Of a DNA stretch of 64,000 nucleotides, positions 12,947 to 26,204 are shown one piece after another. Positions within the stretch are counted from its first letter, which is position 1; every line of letters begins with the position of its first letter. The notes under the pieces are model-generated. The model searched no databases and had not been told where the DNA came from. It saw nothing but the letters and a program-made list of their open reading frames with translations. Position numbers and translations under genes: made by a program. This stretch comes from Tubulanus polymorphus (Eukaryota; Animalia; Nemertea). The stretch spans positions 5,320,275 to 5,384,274 of the forward strand of contig NC_134032.1 in assembly GCF_964204645.1 (NCBI RefSeq), read 5' to 3'.

Positions 12947-15169
12947 TTTTCACAATAGTGGTCCTCTTAATTAGTGATGATCAAAGAACGTGCGGCTCAG
13001 ACTTCTATTGTGTACCTATCGCGCGCTGCGCGTGATCGCTTACGTAATCTTTTCTGTAAATGTGAAGACCTCGGGGCATTATGTTTTGTAAAGTCCATCA
13101 TTGTTCCACAAGCGGGGTCGTCAATAGGTTGATTCTACGACAGATTCGACAGGGTTCAACAATTCTAAACAATTTTTATGAATATTTGAGGACTTAGGAA
13201 CTAAAAATTCTGATACATTTTGAGAAAGTCACAAAACATTTGAGACTGCGTTCCCAAACCGGCAGTTCCAAAATGAAATTGCTCAAATATTTTTATCGAT
13301 GTTGTTACAACTCATGATTTTGTTTGTGTCGACAGATTACCTTGTGATCCGCAGCTGAATTGTACTTTCAAAAAGATCAAACGATTTATATACGTAGGTT
13401 TCTTGGCATGTCCTGGGAGAACACACGCATTGTTCGTTATGTACGATAATACATTATCCGCCTTAATGGTTGTTTGTCTGAAACATTTATACTCGTATCA
13501 GACGATCATTCTAAATCATTTGAAGGTAATCACGGCGCTGTAGTCATGAGAAGAATTCGTGGAAATGAGCAATTATGAAATAAACTTATGAAACACTCGC
13601 TGACCCTTAGTCTGATAAATCGATAATGAGGAGTAATATTAAAGAGTAATATTAAAAAGTAATATTAAAGAATTTTATTATTTTGATTAATACTATTAAG
13701 AGTTTGTGTGTTTAAATTTGAATGTACTAATAATGATAAAGAATATAAATAAGAAAGATGATTTTTCGGCTTACATTGTATATTACTATTTAGACAAAAT
13801 TAAATATCGTTCATTATGGGAATTGTGTTCATTGGATAAGTTAAAATAAATGAGTTCGAGGGTTGGATAAATAGTATGTTATCTCTTCGGTGCCGTTGAG
13901 AAGGAGAGCAGACCGGCAGGTATCATGACGTCGAGGGTCGGGTTAAAGTTAGCAGCGAATGAAAAGTCTAGGAATCAGGACCCCAGCTCTGCGTCGTGGT
14001 GCTGCGTTGGTTGCTCGTACCCTTTTACGGCTGGCCGCAAGCAGGGTTCTGGATTTTTCTTGGGTGTGGACGCAGCCGTATAAAAGGGGCCGAACCTCGA
14101 GAGAGGGGGAGAGGGGGAGAGGGGGAGAGGGAGAGAGATAGAGAGAGCGGATTCTTTTAGAAAGCATTTTCAGGGGAAGCATTAGAAGACTATAGAACAG
14201 ATAACTTTCGGCTATCCGGTTGAAGTGCATCTTCTTGTGTGCGGGATTTGTAACAAAATTCTAAATTAAAAAGTAGGGAATTTTATAAATTGTTGAGACT
14301 AAAGTTCAGTTTAAATTGTAGAATAAAAGTTGAGTATTATCATATTTAAATCCGGTGTTCCTTTTATTCCTTGGTTTTCGGGTTTCTGTGTTCGTGGTCG
14401 ACTTTCTCGCCAGGGACCGGAGTTTGTAATAGAGGAAAAAGACAATAGCGAAAGGGACCGTGGAACACTTGCCTATGCAATGTTTACTGTTCGTACAAAG
14501 TTAATATCTTTTGGAAAGAACTGTAGTTTCAATAAATCATACAACCGTTTTTCACCTCCGATTAGTATTTGCCGTGGCTATTATTCATCTGCTTTAGGAG
14601 GCTTTCTGTGACGTGAAGTGGGAGACTGGAATAATTGGATAGACAATCAAAGGATTTCTGTGAAATATGGTGTAGCGGATTGGGCCCCCATATGGGGATA
14701 CAAATCATCCTCGCTAATGATGAACTTGCTCCATAAGTTGTACGTACGTCATAAGTTATACAGCCAATTTCTCCACGAAGCTGAATATTAAACCACTCCC
14801 TTTGTTCGAATACACGTATATGGTAAAGTCATACGTCGTCTTTACTTTTCTTTTACTTAATAAGTAAACATAGTCACTCTCCATACACCTGTTTCTGATA
14901 AGAAAAAACTTGAAAATAATATACAGCCGGTTCCGTTTTATCACCCTCACGCGTTAAGGAATCCTAATCCACTAACTAAGCCGTTCCCCGCTGGTGGAAG
15001 CGAGTTCATTAACGATACTGGACCCCTGGCAAGTGAGGGTTTCCTTTTGACTGGTATCCTCATGATCCGGCAGCCCACTTCGAAAATTAAGTTACTAATA
15101 TCCCGGAATTTTAATAAATTTTTAGCCGGTCTTCTTAATCAATTGATGAAAATAGGTCCACGTTTATCG

Positions 15170-15495
15170 CATCTTCACCCGTCAAGGGATTCGAACCCAC
15201 TACGCTAAAGCTGTTCGCCGAACCCCTTGACCTCACGAGTCGTTGGAGTCGTGACTAGCCGACCAGAATCCGGTCGTACCAATCACAGCGCTTGTAACAA
15301 ACGACTTTAGGCTTCTATTGGTTTTCCCGTTAAATGGACCAATCAGCGAACGTTTTACTGAACAAGGAAGTATTTCGCAAATCGATATATGACGTCATGC
15401 GCAACAGCGCCAGTAATGAAATCATGCTTCGTGAGGCCAGGGGGCTGGTGGAAGCGAGTTCGGGAGTGATACCGGACCCCTGGCAAGCGAGGATG
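15170..15495. mobile_element. 326-bp MITE with 9-bp TSD (Mutator-like), copy 1
   Basis: Imperfect TIRs CATCTTCACCCGTCAAGGG / CCCCTGGCAAGCGAGGATG. CGTTTATCG is duplicated at 15161-15169 and 15496-15504. A near-identical inverted copy lies at 54909-55233. Confidence 0.9.
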
Positions 15496-16052
15496 CGTTT
15501 ATCGGCGTCAATATCTGATAAATGATGGTACCCCAGATAGGGCTCCATTTGGGGCCCGATCCGCTACCCCATGTTTCACAGAAACTCGGAATAGAAATAC
15601 TACTGTTCTTTAACAACAATGCGAAAATAATTTTTCCAGAAAATAATTTTTCCCGATAATGGTGATGTCACGTGGTTATACGTATATAAATACATACTGG
15701 GCAACGTCATAAACGACGGTTCAAAGCCCATTATGTGGATTAATCGACTCTTTACCGAAAGTAACAAAAAGGCCACTTGTGTCAATGTATAGTTGTGCGA
15801 TGTAATGGGCGTATTATCAAAGGTTTCTCAAGCACTTCAAATTCTCCATTTTTGAGACATAACGAAGCGTCAGTTGCGGCCTTTGATTGTTTGTTTACTC
15901 TCTACCATATTAGGCTGAGGCCTATCGAGGTTTTTGGTGACTGGCTCTAACACCCCCATAAGTATCTGATAGATACAACCTAACCACTGATAGCTACAAT
16001 TGGATTTTCGATGCAGCCGTCCTAGTCAAAAGCCTTGTGGCAGTATTCATAC

Positions 16053-16772
<720 letters not shown>

Positions 16773-18560
16773 GGCGAAATGGAATAAGGAATAATTCACT
16801 GGCTACCTGTAATGCGTAAGTGTCGATTGAGCGGTCGCGGTGCTTTTCGTATAGCACCCAATATACAATGCATGAAGGGAAACCGAGGCTCTAGTGGTGC
16901 AGTGAAGAATATATGTGACAGCCGTTGTTTAGAAATGTTTTTGGAAATAATGACAACGTATTGACGTGCGTTTAATATGATTCCTGGATAAAGGTGTGGG
17001 AAAAATTAATGATATATCGATCCCAAATGAACAAACAAGTTTTAACCACTGGGAAAACATCGCGAATAAATCGTCCATAAATTAACGTATAATATAACCG
17101 TATAATAGCAATTGAGAACGCGCAAAACAAGTTATTTTCTGACGTTAAAGGAGGTAATAATAAGAAACAAAAGTAAACTTTTAGACTATTTACACGTGAA
17201 AAACGACCCAAAAACATAAAAATGAACAAAGATGATATTCAACGTTGTGATACACTTATTTCGGCTCAAGTTGGGTATTGCACAGTGTAGTTCCTTCGCG
17301 TATGCTTACTGCGTTGTTCGGTTAATGTGTATCCCAAAGAAAGTTGAAATGTCGACACGTTCACATCGCCAGCCATTAACATTCCATAAGTCAACGTGTC
17401 GACGTGTCTACCCACACACAAATCAACTAATAACGATCTATTAACCCAATACACCAAACACACCACGTGACCAAACACATGAAAAACCCAACCAATTAAG
17501 TCTTTTAGAGATCGCAATCTACGGACTATATGCCACTTACCAGGCCCTTTAGTCGACAGCCACCAGAAACAGCGACACACAAAAGGCTCTCTAGCTCAAC
17601 AAATCATAGATACGCTATGCCAACTTCCAATTAATTACATGTTATTTTACATTTTAAATCAATCGTAATTAATCTAAGCTATCCACATTGTTATGTTGAC
17701 CACAGTTTCGGTATTTCGATTTCGAAGTACAGGCACAAGAGAGTGTGGGATTCGGTAAATATACCTAACGCCAAATGCGCGACGCGACACGACTTTTTTT
17801 CTATACCGGCGCCAGAGGCATTGGCGCCTGATGCGACGCAAAGCCGGAATAAAGAAGGACATTTATACCGCGAAATTATTGGACACTACTGGAGTGTCTG
17901 ACCTTCTAATGGACTTGTGCATAGCCGAACATCCGAACATCGAGCTTCTAAGAGACATAAGATAACAGCGAGACCAATGATAACAAGGAAGGCGATGATA
18001 ACTATCTAACAAACTTTTATTGTGTGTGTGATCATTTTGTTGATAAAACCTTATCCATTGATAAGTTGTTGATTTCCTTCTCTTGTTTGTTTGTGTTTTG
18101 TGGTCAGCGGTCGACCAGTCAACCCACAATCCTTGTACATAAATCTCGACAACATTGCGACGTGTCATCCGTTGACCGTCAACCAGTGAATGATATAGGT
18201 CTATGCAGTCTATCGTCTTAATCACCTTGTACATAAATTGGCGACAACAGTGCAACATGTCATCCGTCGACCGTCTACCAGCGGATGAGATATGCACTCT
18301 ATCATCTCTGCAATGGCCAACCAACAAACAGCAGTAAACAGTTTTTCCGATATAGAATTTGTGCGTTCCGTTGCTTTTATAAGCGGTCAGAAGGATGGCA
18401 TGTCGATGCAGGTCGATGCGTATGTGTACTGTAAAAAACGTTTTATTCCGTTACAACATCCGATGAATAACGTCAAATTCCGATACGATACAAGATCGCC
18501 GTCTTTTATCGAGAATCTCCGACAGAAAACGTCTAAACGCATCTCACAGCGCATGCGCAA

Positions 18561-20315
18561 TAAAGAAGTTTCCAGTTTCTAGGCGCCATTTTGTGGCGGT
18601 CCCGCGAGGTCCCCATTGTTGCGATAATTTGCGCTCATTTTTAAAACATACGTTTAGATTGAATATCATATAGTTCTGCAGTCCCTTGCTCGACGAAATC
18701 AATTTACACACCATTTTAAAGGTAATGAAATGCAGATATTTGCTGGCGATTCTTGGAATTTTTGAACGCAACAATTGAGAACAGTGACGATGTGAAACCA
18801 AGGACCGCATATATTAACCGTGCGTAAAAGAAATCGCAATATTTATTAATTTTAAAATATCTTAGTATCTCATAAAGCTATATTTCCAATTTTCACAGAG
18901 GTTAAAGAGGGTTATTTGCAGTTAAAGCCTGCGTTGAATTTTTTAAAATGTCTTCCCTGACGACTGATCTGTACCCGCTTGAGTTAGAGATTACGCGCAA
19001 AAGGGGTCTCCCACTGCGCACCGCCATTTCACTGAACATTGAGATTTGTGAAAAGAAATCGCAAAAATAAGATTTTATACTGGTTTGTAATTATCAATAT
19101 TGCTTCTGATGGTTATATATTACCTGTATTTTCGTATGGTTGAAAATGGACTTTGAGTGTTTTGATGAATTCGAGTTTTTTAGCGTTGGGAAATTAAAGG
19201 ATTTCTTGTTAGAGTGGGGACTTTCTGTGTTGGTTGCAAATGTGGCCTAGTTGAGAAACTAATTTGCGTTTCAACCGAATGTACCACTCATGCTTGGACA
19301 CTAGAAAACAAATCTAAGTTTTTATATAGTTTTGAATATGCGGCGCAGCTGAAAGTTGCCAAACTGGACGTTGACCCCCTAAAACAGAATATCAAATGCG
19401 GGACAGATATGAACCCCTTTAAATATTATATTGGAATTTTATATCAGTAAGGTTTTCTGGTCGATGTTTTCCAGTAAGAAGGTTGAGATTCATTAAATTC
19501 ATCGTATGATCCCAGAATGAGGGATTATCAGAGAGAGATATGTGTTAAATATGTCCTAAGCGTTTAAATTGACTGGCACATTTCACCATCGACTCTAAAA
19601 CGTTTGATTTCACCGAACACAAAATCGGCGCTAGGCTGGACGGGCTGTATACGACAATTCCTCAACTGGGCCGTTCACACTTCAATAGCGGGACAAACCG
19701 GATCCCGAAACCAGATTAACGAATTGCTCCCGCCAAAATACGGTACAAAGAAGATATGGATTATCATCTCAAAATATCCCCATGGAAAATGTGAAGAAAT
19801 CAAATTGCATTTAAAAATTTCTTGTCGCAAATCTCAATGTTCAGTGAAATTGCAATGCGCAGTGAGAGACCCCTTTTGCGCGTAATCTCAAACTCAAGCG
19901 GGTACAGATCAGTCGTCAGGAAATATATTTTAAAAAATTCAACGCAGGCTTTAACTGCAAATAACCCTCTTTAACCTCTGTGAAAATTGGAAATATAGCT
20001 TTAAGCAATACTTAGATATTTTAAAATTAATAAATATTGCGATTTCTTTTACGCACGGTTAAGATATGCGGTCCTTGGTTTCACATCGTCATTGTTCTCA
20101 ATTGTTGCGTTCAAAAATTCCAAGAATCGCCAGCAAATATCTGCATTTCATTTCCTTTAAAATGGTGTGTAAATTGATTTCGTCGAGCAAGGGACTGCAG
20201 AACTATATGATATTCAATCTAAACGTATGTTTTAAAAATGAGCGCAAATTATCGCAACAATGGGGACCTCGCGGTACCGCCACAAAATGGCGCCTAGAAA
20301 CTGGAAACTTCTTTA
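18561..20315. mobile_element. Non-autonomous foldback DNA transposon with about 490-bp TIRs (ISL2EU/PHIS-like)
   Basis: 18561-19055 is inverted at about 19815-20315 (mirror-image ORFs 18544- and 20066+). Inserted at CAA|TTA. The interior has a decayed SAP-like coding remnant. Confidence 0.85.
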
Positions 20316-20939
20316 TTATTGATGGAGCGCCATATTTGATGTTTTGGTCTTGATGGAAGAAGTAACCCGTGGGAAAATGGAGGTAAGCTTCGTTCTTATA
20401 CTGCATGCAAGTAAACGCAATAGTGCCACGGGTAAAACTGTAAGGTCATGCAACAAGAAGATTTGAATCGAATGCGAGATCAAGTCGGCGTTCAACCGTG
20501 TGGCGATATGATTGAAAGTCTGTTGTTCGTGCCTATCGATGCGAAAATTAACAATGCCAAAATATATCCTTTTGGCCATTGAATTATTCAGGCCTAAAAG
20601 AATTCTTGACATTCTTAAGCGTTCGTTGTTTTTGAAGAATGTTCGCTCTAGCAGCAGCATACTGACTGTTAATTTACTGATTTTTTAGCTGGTCAAATGA
20701 TGAATATTTTTCTGCTGTAGGTGGTAAAGGCCTACAATTCACCAACACATTATTGCTATTCATTCACCTCGAATTCATATATCCAGTACACAAAATGCCT
20801 GATTTACGAACGATTATAATACCATAATTAGGAATTTTGGGTTCCAAGCTGAGTGAGATTGAGACAAGCATTGTTTTTGTGTTTGGGTTTAAACATGTCT
20901 GTATGAATTTCCCCTTTTATCTGTTTTATCTCTAGGATC

Positions 20940-21265
20940 AAAACAAACATGAGAGATATGTGTGTAGTTTTTGTAAATCCGTGACGTTAAAAGCATATTG
21001 CCGTCATTATGCACAACATCGAAATTCACCGAATGTAGAATTTCCCTGTCCGCTTAAGGATTGTCTTACAACATGCACCACGTATCATGCACTGAATATG
21101 CATATTAGCCGCTTTCATCGACGGAATCGCATTGCCATTCGCAGATCAAGACTTCCAAACTGCTCTGGATTAGTGACACGTTGTGTAGATTCCTGTAGAG
21201 AGTCCTTTTTAGATTTTAAAGCTCTAATCAGTCATTTGAAAGTACAGTATCTAATACATGTCTAA
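20940..21265 (+). pseudogene. C2H2 zinc-finger fragment, probably the N-terminus of a DNA-transposon protein
   Basis: CSFC..RHYAQH, CPLKDC..MHISRFH and CVDSC..SHLK; preceded by a TAG acceptor and truncated at the AT-rich block. Confidence 0.5.
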
Positions 21266-21682
21266 TACAATCTAATACAATCTAATACATAAAATATCTT
21301 ATTTTATAAACTGATATTCATATGGAAATTGAAACCTCAGTTATAATAAATAACCTTTATTATTTTCAAACTTATTCATATATTAGTTGAAAAAATAAAA
21401 ATAAATTGGTTGAAAATTGTATAAATAATATTTATTTTAAAAAAGGGGGTTTTAAGTATTTAAGGTATCTAATAGGGTATCAGGTATTAGGGTATCTAAT
21501 AGGGTATCTAATACATAGGTATATTTTAAACATATTTCAATATTTATATTTGTATGAGTTAGATTTTTAAACATTAAAAGTGTTAGTAAAGTTTTATTGA
21601 AATAATTCATATATATTCATGAATAACATATAAATGAATAACTTCTAAAATCAATTTAGTAAAAAAATATGTATAATAATAA

Positions 21683-22729
21683 ATGGAACCAGAACAACCA
21701 CAAAGTATTAATATTACAAATAACGCTGGTGTTATAAACATATACTACAAGAAGTGTTCTAAATGTGAATTAGATAAATTAGCTTTAACAGAATTTAGTA
21801 AGCGTAAGATTAGCAAAGATGGTTTTCAATATTGCTGTAAAACTTGTTTTAAACTATATACCAAACAATATCGAGAAGATAATTTAGAACATTATAATTA
21901 TTATATGGCAGAATATATGAGAGAAAGATATCAAACAGATCTTAATTTTAGATTGAAACAATGCTTAAGATCTAGATTAACACAATTATTCAACAAAAAA
22001 CGCATTCAGGAACACTATCTAATTTATTGGGTTGTTCAGATGAATTTTTCATACCATGGATAAAATATCAATTCGATGATACAATGAATATAGATAATTA
22101 TGGTGAATACTTTCATATTGATCATACGTTACCAATATCTAAATTTAACATGAATGATGAATACAATAAAAAACTTATTTGGGGTTGGAAAAATTTAAGA
22201 CCTTTAGAAAAGAAGGAAAACATAATTAAATCTAGTTTATTAGATTTACAGTTATATTTAGATCAACTGGATAAAACATATAATAGAGATATAGTTAAGA
22301 TAAAAAAGTTTATTATATTAGATCCTAAAACAGTAAAAGAAAATTTAGATAATTGTATAAAAATAGCAATTGATATTTATAAAGGTTCAAATACATTATT
22401 CATTATAGATGTTTGCGCAAATTTACATGATTCAAAAGTGAGAGAAAGTGAGTTATGTTACTTAGCTTTCTCTGGGAGACATTTTGGGATAACAACATGG
22501 GTTTTAAATCAAAAATATTAATTCAATTGATAAAGACTTTAGGGAGAATATAAGATTTCTAGTTTTATTTTATAACAAAGATAAAAAATCTATGCAACAA
22601 TCATTGGAAGAAAATCAAATTATACCTACTGAATTACATGATGAATATATGAATAAATTAAAGAATAATAAAGGTTCAAAATTATTACTGAGACTACAAT
22701 TTCCCTATGAATATAAGTTTATAAAATAA
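21683..22729 (+). pseudogene. Polinton-like/NCLDV-type viral relic: HNH/EndoVII-like nuclease joined to the C-terminal half of an A32/FtsK-like packaging ATPase
   Basis: Nuclease: CSKC..CKTC, RLKQCLRSRL, LGCS, FHIDHTLPISKF, NLRPL..ENIIKS. ATPase: LFIID (Walker B), SGRHFGITTWVLNQKY and, after a frameshift, DKDFRENIRFLVLF. Very AT-rich and intronless. Confidence 0.75.
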
Positions 22730-22842
22730 CTATTTATATATCTATATATCTATTCTATAAGAGCTCACACTTTTATATTGAATAATCTGTCAATTTAAAT
22801 GTTATTCATTTATATTTTATTCATGTATATGAATATTTTAAG

Positions 22843-23030
22843 AGTAATAGGGGTAATAGGCTTTCAGGCTAAAGGTTAAAGGGGCGAGTGAGTAAAAAAT
22901 GAAAATAACAATAATTTCCAGTTGAATTAGGAGTGTGCACGACTAATTAAACTGGAAATTATTGTTATTTTCATTTTTTACGAGCTCGACCTTTCGACCT
23001 TTGGCCTGAAAGCCTATTACCCCTATTACT
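22843..23030. mobile_element. Short palindromic MITE
   Basis: AGTAATAGGGGTAATAGGCTTTCAGGC ... GCCTGAAAGCCTATTACCCCTATTACT; the whole unit is a hairpin. Confidence 0.85.
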
Positions 23031-23150
23031 GAGGCAGATCGTTTTTTCGTGGACGTTCACTTGATAGAGGGAAATTTCATCCCTACCGAAGAAATAATTT
23101 TTCCTTTAAACCTCTTTATAGTGCTGAAAAACTGGATATTTGGCGAAGAC

Positions 23151-23206
<56 letters not shown>

Positions 23207-23410
23207 AGTGGTAAGTTTTTCATCTTAGAATTTTGCAGTTGCTGGTCGCATTAGGCATTTTCTGCCTTTCTGGAAAACAATTTCGTCTGATCAATCTATT
23301 CTACAATCTATAAAAGGTTATCGTATTTAGTGGACACTTCTCCACCTATCCAGTTGAAGTTACCGAAACCTATAACGTTTCCGTTTGTTGAATCTGAAGC
23401 TATTGATTAT
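23031..23410 (+). pseudogene. DIRS-type retrotransposon fragment (gag end / RT start)
   Basis: VAGRIRHFLPFWKTISSDQSILQSIKGYRI matches the DIRS RT N-terminal consensus. An R/G-rich gag-like tail lies upstream. Confidence 0.65.
23151..23202 (+). repeat. (CAG)n microsatellite
   Basis: About 17 perfect GCA units. Confidence 0.95.
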
Positions 23411-23985
23411 TCAACATGGCGGCTATGTGGTAGCCAGTCCCATGACGCTCCGTTAAAAAGTCGTCAGAAGTGCATTCATTTTATGACATAAGCCTCTGAA
23501 GTTAATGTATGTTTAAACTAGTTCGATAGGTATCATCATCAAAATTCGTCGGGACGATAGAAAATGCACGACATGAAAATGAATGTAACGGAATATTCCT
23601 ACAATGAAAACATGGGAATAATCCACTATTAGAAAATACTAGAAACCTGATAAAACAAGAACTGGAAAATGTAGGAACGTACACACTGGATTATAAAATA
23701 AGCATCAAGAGTGGACTATACAAGAAATACCCCTTACTGGAAAAAACAGGAACTGGAAAATGTAGAAATTTCCTGAATATTCCAGTTCCTGCAAAGTGTG
23801 ATGCATGTTTTTCCGGCAGTTTCCAGTTCCTGTACTTTCCGGTTCTTGTTTATTATTGATGTGCACATTCCTGTATTTTCATGTCATGCTTTTTCTAGTT
23901 CTTTTGCGCCACCGTCTTATTTCTAGTCCACGCTGAAGACGGGAAGTTTCATTTTCCGAATCTAACGCAATTTTCTTTAGATTGT

Positions 23986-24860
23986 TCAATTGAACAAATA
24001 AATTGGGATGAATACCCAACTTTTTCTAAGGGTAGCGTGAAAACTTTCCACACCGTTGTTGGTTCTTTCGGTACAACCGTTGACTGATAAACGTTTCACA
24101 CCAATCCAGTTAATCCAAAACCGCTCTAAATAGATGAACTGGTTGAGCTGCCTACGTACAACTTCGGGGGTATCCCGTTTTATCGACTGGAGTCCCTCTG
24201 CAATCGATTCTGCAGGCAGAAGTGTCAAGCACATCGTTTTCTGTACCGTCTCGCGCAAGATTTGATCTGTACGATAAGAAACAATTGCGTTGGTCTGTGC
24301 TTGTTCGAAATCAGCCATTAAACGATCTGGTCTAAAGACAGGAGCTACCAAATCGATCTTCTCTAACCTGCTTTATAAAGCGCCTCAGTCTTTCGAGTCA
24401 TTAGTACAAAAATTGTCGGGGAAACGTGTCCGGTAACGGTAACGAAAACCGTGAACATTTGATAAAACATCCGCGGGACTGTTTTGAAGGTTGCATCCAT
24501 ACTGACTGGTTCTCTGCCAGTGAGTAGTTGGATCTGTGCATCACTAGCAAATATCAACGCAAATCCATCGGCACCAGCATCATCAACACCACGAAAAAAT
24601 GGAGAACCATCAGCCATCTCATTGTGAACGCTATTAGGATTGCAGCGGGCAATTCCTCAGGTTGATTTAATCTCCGTCTTTTATACATCCCACTCTCTAT
24701 GTCGCAGAAACTTATTCGGTCTTCCCCGACATCATTTCTTCTAGATTCTTCATCGAAAATCTATCTGAGTGACTGAACTTCCTCAGCAGCCCGCTCTCTG
24801 CATTTGTTTACCAATTTTAACTCAGGGATTTTATCTGCCGATGATCCGAGTGTTGCCTCT
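23986..24860 (-). pseudogene. Mutator/MULE transposase pseudogene
   Basis: MDATFKTVPRMFYQMFTV, ADFEQAQTNAI and RTNNGVESFH motifs. Flanked by short repeat arrays at 23560-23910 and 25180-25290. Confidence 0.88.
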
Positions 24861-26014
24861 GAAGAAAAGAAAACAGTTGAACTTTAAATTCATCTCAGAA
24901 AAAAATACTAATTTTTGATGGCATCTTCTCTTTTACGATGGGCCAGATATGGTTTTTTTTCATATGAAAATGGTAGAACGACCTTCAGTTGTATTTCCAT
25001 ACATAAGTTCTGGATTTAATCCAAATAAATCTGCTATTGGTTTCTAAAACATTAAAATACATTAAAAATCTGCCCGTATTTGATTTCACTAAAATTGGCA
25101 ATGAAATTGGACATACTGTTTAAAAAACTCAAAATAGATTCAAACTCTTATTCTTTATTCAACTCTACATAAAAGAAATTCCGCCGGGTTTCAGAACTTC
25201 GCGGAATGTCGGGATTCTACGGATTCTCCGGAATTCCCGGATTTTTTCTCTGAATTCTCCGGTATTCCCGGATTATAGAAAGGATTCCCCAGTTCTATTC
25301 CAATATAGCGCACATACATACGACACAATTAGAGTAAATGCTAAAACCGGACCATGAAAATTCAATTAAATTTTATTCGACATTTATAGAATTAATCGTT
25401 GACGGCGTTATTATTATATATCTTATTATACACTCTATCAGCATAATTCTATAAAATTAATCATTGCCGAATATATAGTGAATACTGAAAATACAATGCC
25501 ACTCTCCCCACAGATTTCCAATTGAAATTAGAAAACTCAGTACACTCTATTCACCACGGTCACGGCTGGCTTATCGGCCCCGAGGACGAACATTCTGAAA
25601 TTGTCTGTTTTCTATTAGTTTACCGATCCGATATTGCAAAACATCGCGATAGATAGAATTTAAAATCAACCCGGCACCGATAGCAATCGTAAACATTAAA
25701 GAATAACAAAAAGACACTGATTTATATTACAAAAATATCAATTTATTTCAGAATGTGCAACCCCACCTTCTATCCTTCTACACGCATTACATAGACTTTA
25801 GAGAGAAAGTGCAAGGTGAAAATAACCTACAACCAAAATATAAGCCATAGCCCCATAATAAAACACTACCACGATTTAAATCTTTACTTACTTATGGATC
25901 TCAACATCAAGTTACTTGAAAAACCTTTAAAACACACAAATTTGATAAGTGTGAATAGTGCAGTATGGAAGTATCAGACCATAGTGAACTGATGTTAATC
26001 TCAGTATAGAGTTA

Positions 26015-26190
26015 ATAAATAAAAACCCACAATAGATATGTAGAATAGTAAATTTTCGTGGTTACTTCTAAACCCCATCATCAGAGAAACTAATAAAATT
26101 AGTTTTTTTACACTGACGATGGGTTTAGAAGTAACCCTGAAACTGTTAGAAAATAAACTTTTCTACATATCTATTGTGGGCTTTAATTTA
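26015..26190. ncRNA. Inverted pair of minimal type I hammerhead-ribozyme motifs (Penelope-like pLTR remnant)
   Basis: Plus strand: CTGACGA-tGGGTT..AACCCt-GAAAC at 26113-26143. Minus strand: CTGATGA..GAAA at 26084-26054. Both lie inside an 80-bp inverted duplication. Confidence 0.6.
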
Positions 26191-26204
26191 TAAGGAAGAA
26201 TCTG

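Noticed and set aside
14756-14790. FVEKLAV* as the calmodulin terminal exon
   Set aside because: The nearest AG is out of phase with the phase-1 donor and similarity is weak. A candidate at about 15843 (EFEVLEK) has a poor acceptor.
18544-20353. Twin ORFs MRSLVSHRHC... on opposite strands as duplicated genes
   Set aside because: Artefact of the foldback TIRs; no protein motifs.
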